A stretch of 64,000 nucleotides of DNA, from the NCBI GenBank assembly GCA_016906335.1, contig JADEYG010000003.1, forward strand, positions 1,054,001 to 1,118,000, given 5' to 3'. The stretch comes from Novakomyces olei (taxonomy: Eukaryota). Every line of letters begins with the position of its first letter. The stretch's first letter is position 1. The notes beneath the pieces were generated by a model, which was not told the origin of the DNA, ran no database searches, and saw nothing but the letters and a program-made list of their open reading frames with translations. The translations under genes and the position numbers were made by a program. Below, in pieces: positions 12,954 to 25,971 of this stretch.

Positions 12954-15434
12954 TCAACTTTGCTTTGCTAATTGCGGGCTGTAGTCCCCGTACTTCATGT
13001 CGAGATCAAGGAACATTTTAAGCGCATTGCGTGAGCGAATAAACGGCAATGGCGATTCATTTCTGGCTAGATGCCCAGCTGCCGTAGAGTGCAAGCGTGC
13101 TTCTGCCTCCATATGTTGTTCCGGACGCGTAGAGCCCGGCATTGGCAGTAAATCTTGTAATAATTCATATGATGCTAAAGTTACACCAAACTGAGGCGAA
13201 GAGCGAAGAACACGTGCTAAGCCGCCCTTATAGAAAGCACGGACTCCTTCTTCTTTCAAAATTGTGCGGAAAGCATGGCGGATATTGTGGTAGACTGTAT
13301 CGCCTTTTTTGGCCTTTATTTGCAACCGCGTCTTTATAACGTCCGCAGGTGTTGTCAAGTAGCTTAATAGTTAGTATTGTGCAAACAAAAGAAAGCATTA
13401 TAAAAGTATAGACATGAAAAATCATAAACTTAAACATCATAAAAGAGTTCACACTCACGCAGCAGGCATCCCGGCAATTGCACCCGCCACCAAGAGCTGG
13501 CCAATGGATAGCGAGTGGCCTGGCCGTTCATGGAACAGATCCTTTTTCAGATGCGCATAAGCAGGGAAGTATATAGACGAAAACGGGATATCTGTATGTT
13601 GTTAGTAAAGTTTTCATTTCGGTTTTATTTTTTTTCAATTTTTAATTTTGAATTTTTATCTATTTTATTTTACTCTATTTTATTATTATTATATATTTTT
13701 TGTTTATTTGTTTTCTCTCTTTTTTTTCATATTCTTCTTGCTGTCTGTCCCATCTTCTTTGCCCTTACCTCTACACAAGCAGGCTAGCGATCCCTTGTAG
13801 AGACCAACCAGCCCCATCCCCTTTACGATACTCCAAGCTGAAGCCCTTGGTAACTTTGCCGGCGCTGTCTTGGAGGCAGCAGAAGCGACAGACTCGCCAC
13901 TAGGAAGCGCATCTGATCTCAGTTGGCCACGGACTTGCAACTGGATCTTTACAACCTCCAAAGGATTTGTGACTACGACCTGGCACCCACCAGCGAGTCC
14001 ACCAGCCAGAATCTCAAAAGGCAGAGCAATAGACCCGTCGGCATGAGCAGCTTTACCCCGGACAAGATCATTTATTGTGAGTTTTATAGCCTTTTCCGGG
14101 GCAACTCCCAATAGCTGAGGCACGAGTCCACTGTAGAGACCATGAACGCCCTCGTTTCTGATCACTTTTCGAAGGCAATCAAAGCTGTTCTTGTAGAGCA
14201 ATTCGCCCACGATATTGCTGCGCTGATTTTGCATACGTGTCTTTACCAAGTCAATAGGGTAAACTGCCGTTGCCCCGATACCACCGGCAATTGCACCGAG
14301 ACCGAAATGGTGCAGACTTTCCAGCACCTGGTGCAGCCACGTGGTTGGCTCCTCTACGCGTTCCCGCAAGGAATGCTTACGCGACGCGTCGTAGGGATGA
14401 GTCACGTGCTGCGCTTCCCTCCACGTCGGATCGAGGACACGGGCAAAGTCTTCCACGTTCAGTCGGCCAGAAGGGTTTCCGAGCCCAGCGAAATGGAACA
14501 GGATCTCAATCTCCATGGGCGTAAAGAGCGAGTAGCTCGTTAGACGGGCGGCCTCATTGGCAAAGTCTGTGCGGGTAATACCATCGTCACAGTTTGCAGT
14601 GGCAGACTGCACAATCTGTGCCACCATGTCCATATTGCTCACAATATTCTGGAAAGCGCGTACAGTGGCGTAAGAAATCTTGGAGCCCTTTGTCACACTG
14701 CACACGGTTTCCAAGTTATCTAGTAGGTAGTCGCTCAACTTGTGAGCGTGAGTGCGGCGGACTATACGCGCAAACTCGCCCGGCTCAATGTACCCGTCTC
14801 CGTCTTTGTCAAGGTGCAGAAACGCTTGGCGGACTCTTTCGCCCTGCAGACCCCGTAGCATTTGTGCAAACTGGTTATAGCTCAGCTTGTGCCGTACTTT
14901 GCCGCCCGCGTAAAGGCTTATCCAGGGTGTTTTCCAGTTGAAAGGAGGCAACCCGTCCTTGCCCTGGTCGCGTGGGCGGTACAGCTCCAGAGTACGTGTG
15001 AACTCGTCAAACGAGATATCGCCATCGCCGTCCGCATCAAAAAGGCGAAAGGCGATCTGGTACTCAGAGTCAGGGCGGGCGAGCATACTGTGGAAGAGCT
15101 GCCAGTCCTCGAGGGAAACAAGGCCGTCGTGGTTCGCATCTGCCACTTCAAACAAGAACCCGAATTGCGCTCGAGGGATCTTGTGGTAGTCGTTCTCCGC
15201 CGGCGCTACTGCGTCAATAAACCCTTCACGGTCGAGGAAACGGGTGCCGCTGTGCAGCACTTGAGCATGCTGCTCAAAGACGTGTCGGTTCAGGGCCACT
15301 GGAGACTCAAACGCCCGTATAATATTCGTCGTTGTGTCCTTAAGCACATGCGCCACTGTATGATCAGAGGGTTGAACAGACGGGTCCAGTGTGTCTGGCG
15401 GTGCTGCGTCTTTTGAAACTGCCATTGGCGCCAT
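12954..15434 (-). CDS. AGC1: Ca2+-binding mitochondrial aspartate/glutamate carrier (Aralar/citrin type), 3 exons (introns 13592-13768, 13363-13458)
   Basis: EF-hands [30 protein letters not shown]. Carrier motifs [40 protein letters not shown]. Confidence 0.93.
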
Positions 15435-16687
15435 TGCGAGTCCGGCTGGCCGTACGGAAATGTGCAGAGTGGAGGGGGAGGACGTGCTCTGGAGTATATA
15501 TTTTTGTCTCCTACGACTGTGCCTGTATATATTATATAATGTTGCTCATCGTACTTGTAATCAATCAATTAATAATAATAATAATAATAATAATGATCAA
15601 AAATCATACACCAACACTACTCGTGTGTGGTGGGACCTTGAAACAAGTACTTATTCCAAGTATTTAATTCAGAAATAAGTACCTGTAACAAGTACTGCGT
15701 GCTGTCTAATCTCATCTGCTCACGGTTGATTTGTCATTTGTAGTCGTTTGTTTGCCGGTAATTTTCATTATAATGCATTGCTGTGTAATACTATAATCGA
15801 ATGCACGCCATCGTCCGCGGTACATTGGTCAGACCACCGTCTGCGCCCTCTCATAATTGTGCAACTAGTGCATGTATACTTTTCAGTGATGAATCAATTT
15901 ACCGTCTAATTGCCGTAACTGCGGTTAGTTACTAGTGCTGCTGGCTGGGTTTACTTGCTAATACTAATGTGGTTAGGACGTAAGGAAATGGATAAAACGG
16001 GATGTTTGAGTCTACCCTGTTTTACAGTGCGTATTCTGAGACTGCGCATTCTGAAATTGAGACTGTACAAAACAGGTTCTTTAATTAGTTTACAGAATCA
16101 CTACACAATACAGTACTCTGTGACCCACGCATCAGAGGATTTTTCAGAGGTTTTTATACCAACAAACACGCAACCCGATAAACGGCCAGAGGCAAAATGC
16201 GGGGAACATCCCGCTCGAATGGATCTCTATAAAAATAAATATATTGGGAGGGATAATAGGATTTTCGCCATGCTCACCACGAGGCGATAATGATTTAGTC
16301 TCGCTTCAGTTTGGAGATAATCCGGCCATGGTTTAGCTTCTGTGTCTGTACTTGAAATGTAGGGGAAGCAAAGTTGCTGCTCATACGGCGCTTAAATACG
16401 TCAATTGCTTGTATCTCATGCAATACTGAATAATTAAACTGAATGATCATAAATACGGACTCGAGACAGTCGCGCGCACATAATGACGCGCCAATTACCG
16501 ACTCTGATAGTAATCAGTCCATATTTGTCCTACAATCAAACTCGTAAACGTACAAAAATCCACGCATACACCACACGGCAAATAGTGGATACCACAGACT
16601 ACTATATCAATGTACAAGTCGCTTCCATAAAATTGGCGCAAAAGCCAACCCGCTCTATCTACATCTACAAACACCGAGTCCGCCCGA

Positions 16688-17690
16688 CTAGGTTCGATGA
16701 CGATTGTAAATAATATGCTGGGCAATGAATACCTACAAATCATAAGCGTCTGCTTGCTTTCCAATTTAAACCTGAGAAAAAAAATAAAATAAAAAAACTT
16801 ACTCCATCAAAGCCCAGCGATACCAAACCTAGACCACTACTCGTTAGCTTTGGCACTTGCGATTAACCTACAATTTCACAGGGTTCCCCATGGCTGCTCG
16901 CACAGACCCTACAATATACGCGTCCACGCATAATTGAATCATGGATAAAACGCCGCCCGCAATATCCTAATGTAAGCATTTCAGCCAAATGGCCAGCGCT
17001 CCTTGACGAAAGCGCTGCTACAAACCCAGTACCAGCAAAATATTGTGCAGCGACCACCCGTGTGTAGAGCGCCTTCTCGCGTTGTATACGACTTGGGACG
17101 ACATCTTTGGCACTGTGACCAGCAGCTTCACCACACTGAGCGCGTAGACAAAATCAAGAGTCTGTATGAGGCCGACAGTCAGCTGTACGAGCCAGATCAT
17201 CACGGTCAAGTACAGGACACAGCCAAAGATGAACCAGCGGGCAAACGAGGAGACCCGCTGGCCAATAGGATCGCGAGCGTACCCCATACAATACGCCTGG
17301 AGAACTTGAAGGGTCAGGCTCGCTGAACCGCCAGCGGCAAATAGGATATCGCTCAAATGAACGACGGAGCCGGGTGGTGTCCCGTACCGCGATTTGAACT
17401 CTTGTTTTACCAACGGTACCGATACTAACGCGACGTTGTATAATGTATAGCAAGCAAACCCGGTCCACTGCACGGTTAGACATTTGGAGACAGGCAATCT
17501 TACATTGAGCCACAAGAAGTCCATGCTGAGCCCCTCCACTGATTTATGTTTCCTGTTGATTAGACGAAGACCCGGAGCGCAATACTTGCCAGTGAAGATG
17601 CGCCTGCGGAAGGAATGACAGCGACCAGCACGTGAAGTATGACCAGCCAAGGATCTGTGATACTGTCCATGCTACCGCATGCTCAGCCAT
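16688..17690 (-). CDS. ERS1: Cystinosin/Ers1-like PQ-loop transporter, 6 exons (introns 17553-17589 GC-AG, 17468-17503, 16967-17032, 16837-16871, 16733-16802)
   Basis: Spliced product reads MAEHAVAWTVSQILGWSYFTCWSLSFLPQAHLHWKHKSVEGLSMDF...RRSTHGWSLHNILLDIAGG...GNPVKFGLGLVSLGFDGVFIAQHIIYNRHRT*, matching both cystinosin PQ-loop repeats. Confidence 0.85.
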
Positions 17691-17716
17691 GCAGTCTTGC
17701 AGTCTTATAATTACGG

Positions 17717-17764
17717 TCTTTTAATTGCAGTCTTTTAATTGCAGTCTTTTAATTGCAGTCTTTT
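17717..17764. repeat. 14-nt tandem repeat (GTCTTTTAATTGCA)~3.4 just upstream of the ERS1-like ATG
   Basis: gtcttttaattgcagtcttttaattgcagtcttttaattgcagtctttt. Confidence 0.9.
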
Positions 17765-18562
17765 GTTTGGAGACTGACTGTGCTTATCTGCCTATTAAAA
17801 CAAGGATAATCGCGGTGAAAGTATCGTCATATACAAAGGCGTCTAGCGCAGAACGGCTATACCACCCGAGCGCGATAAGCACTGGTGTTGGAGCGCCAAG
17901 TTTTTGGGACCAATATTTAATTAGTGAGAGCAAAAGACCAAAGCTTCTGCTGCTACAAACGGTAATTGGAGCAGGAGCTCACTGTATAATGAAGGCGCTA
18001 CTGTTTGAATCACTTGAATCACAATCAGAGGTTCAGTACAATACTACTCATACTTGATCATCTATATCTCCATATTGAGAGCATAATCAATAATATACAT
18101 AATTAATCGTCAATCCATATTCTATTCTGTGTGTAGTTTATGTTAAATCGATGGTTTAATGTCGATAACTCCCAACAAGATTTCTCTCCCGTAATATTGT
18201 GGTTATTTAGTGTAATTCTTCAGTGTAACTCGGTATTAGTATTATTCAGTATTAGTCAGTGTAATTCAATGTTATTGAGTGTTTTTATTGCAGTGTACAA
18301 CTTTTGAGCAAAGAATTATGAGAATGCACGTTTGTAAAGTACTCGCGAAAAAGGCCTTTACAACAAAATGACGTGCTGCCGTAACAGCTGAGCGCGTAAC
18401 TCAGGCTTTAAAGTGGCCACTGCGCCAACGCGGTAGCCTTTGTACAACACGTCTTTGCTTTATTGATCGAGTCTCTCGCTGCCAAAGCCAGCATTTGACT
18501 GGGCAGTGAGTGAGTCGCAGCTTGCACTTTACACAGTACCGTCGCTGTCGCCGTCTTTTGCT

Positions 18563-21163
18563 ATGGGCAACGCTCCAGATCAATCAGAGCTGCGGTGCTC
18601 TGCAGGCAAAAACGGATCTGTCCACCGCTCGGCTGAGCAGCCGCTGGAGCCGCTGGAGCCGATTGTCTTGGACAAACCTCGCGAGGAGTATTCTTTCTAC
18701 GATTTCCACCCTACATTAGACGTCGCAGAGCGACTGCCTATCAGGCGTATAGGCGTGGAAGTGGTGCAGCCAAGCGCAGCAGTAAGCGCGGGCAGCAATG
18801 CCGTCACTGACCATTGCGAGGCGAATGGACAAGGCGATAATAATCGGCCACCAGAGTGCGAAGGCAAGGCTCGTGGCTACAGCGATCAGGACGATAACGA
18901 GGACGATCTGATTGTACCGCCTGGAATGCGCAAACGTCAGCGGCTTGCGGATGGAAAAGTGGGAAAACGGCCGCGGCAGTTTCGGCATACGGTTCGAGAT
19001 GGGTACGTAATCGCGAATCTGCCTCGTACTGAAGTTCACGAGATTGCTGCCGCTCAAAGGCATTCCAGGGCAGTCCTGTCTACTGTAAACTATGCAGAAT
19101 ACGGGTTTCTGACCCCGAAACCTTTTGTACAGGGCGAAACGCTGTCTCGGCCTCTGCCACCAGCTGCTACTCAAGTCCAGGCAGAGTATGATATGGATGA
19201 GCAGGACAGCGCTTGGCTGCGCGAGTACAATCTACACCGGAAAAAAACGCAAGGCGATCAAATATCACCCGAATTGTTTGAAATAGTACTCACCTGTATC
19301 GAACGCGAATGGACAGAGCTACAAAAGAGAATCCCACGCAGGCAAATTGAAGAAAACGAAGATTCCAAGTGTGCTGTGTGCGACATTGCCGAGTGCACTA
19401 ACGACAATGCTATTGTTTTTTGCGATGGATGCAATCTCGCTGTACATCAGGAATGTTATGGAGTGCCATATATCCCAGAAGGTCAATGGCTATGCCGGAA
19501 ATGCTTTATATCCCCGTCCTCTCCTGTTTCCTGCATCTTTTGCCCAAACACTGGAGGCGCGTTTAAGCAGACCACAGAAGGTCAGTGGGCGCATATGCTT
19601 TGTGCAATGTTTATCACCGAACTTTCCGTGGGGAATCCTACGTACTTGGAGCCAATTGAGAACGTGGCAAAGATTCCCCCTCAACGGTGGAAGCTGGTAA
19701 GACAGTCGCTGCAACTATAACAACATTTATTTGTTTATTCATTTATTCATGTTAGTCTATCATTTGCATTATTTTAAATATTCATATTGCTGTTTATATT
19801 CATATTGCTGTTTATATCATATTGCTGTTTATATCATATTGCTGTTTATATCATATTGCTGTTTATATTTTACTTTGTTCCTTCTTTGTTTCTTCTTCTA
19901 ATAGTCTAGATTTGCTACATTTGCCGAGTACCCGGTGGCGCATGTATCCAATGCACAAATCGTTCATGTTTCACTGCTCTCCATGTAACGTGCGCCCGTC
20001 GAGCAGGGCTAATGCTGACAATGCACTCGCATTCCCCCAATTATGACACGAAAGACTATTCCGTTTACTGTGATCGCCACTGCCCGCCTGCTTGGAGGCA
20101 TGAGCATAATGTCAGCTCAAGTGTACGTGAGGCACAGGCGTACTATGCCCGTAACGCGCATACCTTTTATATTCCTAGGCCATTACTACACACAACGGTC
20201 AATGGCGCAACTGCCACTGCTGCTATAAGGGCCAGTAATAATGGCCGATTAAGGATCAGTGTTGTCAAAAACCGGCAGGGCCCAGTTGTCCCCCGACTCG
20301 TTGCTCAACGAGTGGAGGCAGCGATTGCCAAGATTCCACTGCACGGAGGCCGGACTGCCTTTGTGCAGGACATGTGCAAGTATTTTACACTTAAACGTGA
20401 AGCACGTAGAGGTGCTTCGCTACTGAGGAGGCTGCAGTTGGAGATTGAAGGAGCTCCGTCTCTGGAGCCAGCTCGCTGCCGAGTACAGCAGCGAGAACGG
20501 TTGGATTTTGCTCAAAAGCAATTACAATCGCTGCAATTATTGCGCGATTGTGTACAGTCTGTCAGAGACAGGGAAGCTTGTAGATTACAGGCAGCCAGGC
20601 TACGCGACCGGTTTGTGCAGCTGGCTTATTTGCCCGCTTATACCGAAGCAAATGCTTTGGTAGCAAAAGTGCGGGCGAGAATAGAGGCCAGTCCTGCACT
20701 CGCACAAGATGCAATTGTCAAATCAGAGCTAGACCAGTTGCAAGGGCAAGCCGAAGCAGGTCAGTTTCTGCACATTGAAGAACTGCAAAGCCAGCTGTAT
20801 ACTATTATTGTTTCTCTGCAAAATCGATGCGAGGGCAGTGCAAAGACACGCGCTGCCCGCCTGCAAGGTGAACTGCTGCCTTCACCCGCTGAGACGCGTA
20901 ATGATGATGTCAAAAAGCAGCAAAGGCTGAGGGACATTTATGCAATTAAGGGGCTGTCAATGATGGAAGAGGAATGGCCCGGAGAGTCTGTGAGGGCCAT
21001 GTCGCCCTTGTCTAGTATTGCCTCGGAAGATGCAGCGGAGTATGAGCAAATGTACTTGCAAGACTCCGAGTCGGAGGCTGATAGTCGATCTGGACCAGCA
21101 GCGAAGGATAAAGGCCGCGCAGCAGGTCGTTCTGGGAAATGGCGGCGCCGGAAAAGGCCGTGA
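18563..21163 (+). CDS. NTO1: NuA3 scaffold Nto1/BRPF-like protein (EPL1-N + PHD-Zn knuckle-PHD), intron 19697-19909
   Basis: EYDMDEQDSAWL, CAVC...IVFCDGCNLAVHQECYG...WLCRKC, and spliced ICYICRVPGGACIQC...HVTCARRAGL. The start codon is uncertain. Confidence 0.88.
19780..19868 (+). repeat. (CATATTGCTGTTTATAT)~5 tandem repeat inside the NTO1 intron
   Basis: Five near-identical 17-18 nt units read directly. Confidence 0.9.
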
Positions 21164-22205
21164 GTGTATATAGTAGACGTTTGGCAATATAGACAAGTCA
21201 GTCGGTGAGATTATTGTTAATATTAAAAGTGAATATTGAAATTGGGAATTGATTTATGGATCTCGAATCTTAAACCGAAATTGACGTTGGCATTGGAACT
21301 GACATTAAAATTGAATATTAATTTAATTCATTTTTTGTATAGATCATTAATTCCAAATAGTGGCTAGTCATTATTTTTTTTCATATTTTCGCTTATCGTT
21401 GCGTGGGCTAGAATATAACAGTCATGAGTGCGTGGGAGGGTAGACTTTTATGAATCAATAAGAGATTTGTCGGGAACTTGCTTAATGAAGAAATAACCTG
21501 AACAGAATAAACGCCAGACTAACCCGTCCATAATCTTAGATTAAAGGCAAATATCGTAATTAAAAGTCAAGCAATAAGTATACAGCGTAGCGATGGCCAA
21601 TAGTCGAAACAGATGGCAATTGGTGAACAGGATTATTGTTAATTCGATAGAGCTATGAGGCAAGGGCGCCTTATTTATTGACTAGCTGCTAGCCTCTCAA
21701 CTCCGAACTTCCATCTTGTGTCCCTCGTTTTGCCTTGGGCCTAATGCCATCTTGCTATTAGTGCAACCTAATGCTATTCTTCTTGATTGGAGTAGAGGTT
21801 CGAAGCAACAAAGTTCGTTTAGCAATTTAAAAAAAGTAGCAAGCTAAGGCTATCTTGTCCTCTTCTTGATTTCCATCGGTGGGAATATCGTAAACTTCCG
21901 TGCATAATGCATCAAGATTGGCGACACAAGAATCACATAACACGAAGAATAGACAAAAATTGATAGACAAATAAATAAATAGAGAAGTCATATTATATAG
22001 AAAACTTCATAAATAGCGCGCTAGGATAGCGGCAGTCAATTTCAGGCTGCAATAGACCTGATCCGCTAAAACAAGTCATTCGAGTCAATTCAGAATAGAA
22101 TATAGGCTCTGGTCTACTATGTCTTTTCTACGTTTCAATGTTTAGCATTGCAAATTGCAATTAAATACAGTCTACCCCATGTATGTACATATGAACATGA
22201 TAGCT

Positions 22206-24098
22206 TTAACGAGACAAAATGTGCGCAAGGCTCATACGCGATGCACTGATCGCTGAGCCTGGTACGCGTTGCTCTTCCCCAGATTTAACGACTCCACCGT
22301 CTGACCGTGGCAGCACCGGTTCCGAGTAAGATCGGGACATTTCCATACTAGACGCAATTCCCGGCGGAAATTGAACAGAGGCCGATGAAAGAGGAGGCAA
22401 TGGAGGAGATTGTTGAGACCGGTATAGTGATTCAGGGTTCGCATAGGGCTTTAGCGGGCCGAGTTTTAATGGCGGAAGCATTTGCCGGCTGATCCGCCAT
22501 TGTTCTTCCAAGGCAGCTAATGGCGGGAGAAAACTGCCTCCATTATTATTGCTGCTGTGGCCATACCTATTAGACGCAAGCATGGCCGAATCTGATTGGC
22601 CAGGAAACCCGGCACTCGGCGGGGGCGACACTTGGCTCGGAGCTTGTCGGCCACGAGGACTCGGTGAAGTTTCCCCAGCGGCAATACTCAATGACGCGAT
22701 CCCTGTTGATTCAGAAGGCGTCATTGGCGGCGAGAGTCCGTGGCCCGTTAGGGGCAAAGATAACTGTGCATTAGATATTGTATTTGCACGGACTAATGGG
22801 TACGGGCCCCGTGGATGATAATGGCGATAAGTTCGAGTCACTCTTGACCTGGTAGCTGAAGCCGGCGAGTCTCCTCCACTGCCAGCGACAGATGCTGAAC
22901 TGCCATACACTTCATCAGCTGTATTACCAGCTGACTTTTGTGGAGACAGTCTTTCTTCTGCTTCATGAGCACTATTTATCTTTGTAGGCCCCTCGTTAAA
23001 AACGACACTGTTTGCAGAAAGCCGGGACCTGCCTTTACGAACTATTGTAGTGTTCCAAAAGTTCTTTACTGCATTGTCAGACCGACCGGGTAAATGCTTG
23101 GCAATCTCAGCCCATCTGCTGCCGTATTTACTGTGCAGTTGTACAATAAGTGCCTCTTCCTGCGGAGAGAACGGGTCTCTTACAAGACTGGGGTTCACAT
23201 GATTGTGCCATCGTTCTCGGCACTGTTTCCCGGATCGAGAGCCGAGTCGGGTAGCGATAAGGACCCACCTTTCCGATCCAAACTCCTCTACTAGAGCTCG
23301 AAGCCGGGCGTCCTCACTCGTGGACCAAGGTCCACGTATAGTCCTACCTCTGGATAGAGTTTTCCAGCGATTAGCACACTGACGGGGCGACCTTTGTGCT
23401 TGCGGGAAAGCGTTTAGTGCTACTTTAACCCATGAACGGCCGTCGTGCAAGCGCATTGCTTCACGTAACTTGTCGTCCTCCTCTGCTGTCCAAGGCAGGC
23501 CCTGGACAATAAGCCGCCAGCGCGCAGAGCAATCAGCTGGCATATGAGGACGGAACTTGTCACTGCCAGCAGCAAAGGAGACTGCTGCAGCAATTTTCCT
23601 CCAAGTCCACTGAGGGTTATCTCGGAAACTTGCTCTCAGTGTTTCGTCCTCCTCAAGAGTCCAGTGGCAAAATTCCGAGGAGATAGCTAGCCAGCGGTCT
23701 TCACACTCGGTCTCGGAGTACTGTCCGTGGGGGAAAGCTACTGCTGCCACGTCTGACCATAACCCAGACTCGTTTATGGCTACTGCATGCTTTAATGTTT
23801 GATCGTCGTGTGGAGTCCAGCGGACGGCCACATGTCCTTCACGATCTAACGAGCGTTCTGCGTCATAGTCGTCCATGAACAGTTCATCACTGCCCGCAGT
23901 AGAGCTTGTGGCTGAATAATGAGTAGAAGCAGGGGTTGAACAGGGCACAGAACGATTTATAGGCTGAGGGTTCTCTGCCACAAAAATCGGCTGCTGCCGA
24001 CGCCAGCACGAAGAGCTGGCTGCAGGAAATTGGTCATCTGAGCTCGCAGAGGGGAGCAAGTGCGGACGGCTGCCCCCCACGCCATAAGCGGGAGCCAT
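22206..24098 (-). CDS. Multi-repeat Myb-domain transcription factor (5 Myb repeats)
   Basis: GPWSTSED...GKQCRERWHNHVNP and DPFSPQEE...GSRWAEIAKHLPGRSDNAVKNFWN, preceded by three further WT..ED...W...C..RW repeats. Intronless. Confidence 0.88.
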   Translation of the reverse strand: MAPAYGVGGSRPHLLPSASSDDQFPAASSSCWRRQQPIFVAENPQPINRSVPCSTPASTHYSATSSTAGSDELFMDDYDAERSLDREGHVAVRWTPHDDQTLKHAVAINESGLWSDVAAVAFPHGQYSETECEDRWLAISSEFCHWTLEEDETLRASFRDNPQWTWRKIAAAVSFAAGSDKFRPHMPADCSARWRLIVQGLPWTAEEDDKLREAMRLHDGRSWVKVALNAFPQAQRSPRQCANRWKTLSRGRTIRGPWSTSEDARLRALVEEFGSERWVLIATRLGSRSGKQCRERWHNHVNPSLVRDPFSPQEEALIVQLHSKYGSRWAEIAKHLPGRSDNAVKNFWNTTIVRKGRSRLSANSVVFNEGPTKINSAHEAEERLSPQKSAGNTADEVYGSSASVAGSGGDSPASATRSRVTRTYRHYHPRGPYPLVRANTISNAQLSLPLTGHGLSPPMTPSESTGIASLSIAAGETSPSPRGRQAPSQVSPPPSAGFPGQSDSAMLASNRYGHSSNNNGGSFLPPLAALEEQWRISRQMLPPLKLGPLKPYANPESLYRSQQSPPLPPLSSASVQFPPGIASSMEMSRSYSEPVLPRSDGGVVKSGEEQRVPGSAISASRMSLAHILSR

Positions 24099-25971
24099 TG
24101 AGCATGCCAGTTTGAACAAGGTTTGGCTGGAAAGCGGTTTGTAAATTCGAGCCAAGGAGATTGAACAAGAGACGAGTGTAGATTGATACTTTAGACAGAA
24201 GCGAGAAAAGTAGTGCACTTTTTGACTTTTGATTAGATGATTATTGGTGCGAATTGCGCACTTTTAACAATAGTCCACACGGATTCGTTGACGAATGCTT
24301 AATATCTCCGACTCCGCTAAAAGGGCTTTTGACAAAAATTTGCAGGATAAATCAGAGCAGGTAAGCGTGCTGGAAAAGATAGACTGTAAAGAACGAATTG
24401 TCGAATAATATCAACCAAAACTGCGTGCAATTGAACTCAACGCGACCGATGCTTTTGGGGATTTCAACTACCCTCAAAAAGGCCCTTTAATTATGCAATA
24501 TATATGCCCAAAAATTGACGGAAAAGACAGCAAGAAGATCTGCGTGGTGCCTGCGGTTGATTTGTGGCGTTAGTGATGATCGGCTTCCAATTGTCACGGT
24601 AAAGTTGCCCTGCCGTCTCAGATTCGGGCAGAAAGCTATGCAGCCCAGGCACGGCAAAAGGTTATCGGCACGCTAATTCTGATCATACTTTACACGTAAT
24701 TTTTACTTGTTCAAAAAAAATAAAGCGTTAACGCGCGGCGCGCGTTAGCACTGGCCAATAAGAATCGGGAACGATTTACACAGGGGACGAACGGTCGATT
24801 TGGAACGAACGTGCCGAGACTGTTAGGAATGGTACATTGTACGCAAAGGGAAACTGTCACCTCGCTAAACGCGTCGATTCTGTTCATATTATCATGTGGC
24901 AATGCGTTGCTGTATACTGTTTCGTGATATGCCAGTTAATGGCCGCTATTCTTTGTTTACATGTATGATATAATAAAGTGAATTCACACTGCGTGAAAGT
25001 TATGAGTAATAACGAAAACGTGACAGGATAAATGTAAAGACGGGATGGATAAGGATTGCCGTTGTGCGCGAACGCGTGTCTTCTTACATTACTCTAAATA
25101 TATTTTCGCTTATCTAATCCTCGGTTTCAAGTGTCAAGTTGAACGGAACAAGCTTTCTATCGCGCCAGCGCTTGTACTCGCCGCTAAATTTACAACGTTT
25201 TGATAGCATTTAACATCTTTGGTTGCTACACATTCCCAATACAAATAATTCCATTGACAAATATTTGACGAACTGGTGGTCGAAAGCACTAATTGCCGGC
25301 GCATACTAGTGTCATCGTCAAATTTGACCTAGCACTTACATGGCTTTTGGAGAAAGACGGACATAAAAATTCGTAATTGCAGCTATCCGGGCAACATACT
25401 ATACATTTTGTTAAAATAGCATAGCTTGATCATACGAACAGCATGGGTGTATGGCTTAATTGTGTATGTGCCTTACTTTGCAGCAAATCTAGCAAACTTG
25501 AACAATTCTACAAATTTATATTACACAGAAGGTACTTTAATTTTGAATTATAATATGCATCTATGTATATTTTTGATACGCTTAAAGAGCGTTGCATGCT
25601 ATACTAAAACAGCGCACTTTGCTCAACTCTATAATATAATTTGAATACTATTTAAGCCATATGCTCGTTTGCACCATGTAATTTAATCAATTTGTACACT
25701 TTATCAAACAGCTGAAATGTAAATATTTCAGTGGTTTTCTTTATAAATCTTGGTATTATATTCTGTAATTTACGTAGTATGGCTTTCAGTACTATATACT
25801 CTCTGGAATTGATTCAGTATGCATTTTACTGGTGTGCACGGTGAAAACCCTACTTTGTTATAAAAAAAGATTTTTATAACGCGGGCCCATATACACTGGC
25901 AATTTTTGCTGCAGGACAAGGCTCCAATTTCCTTTCCCCCTCGCAGATTTTCGGTACTCGTCTAGTAGGCC

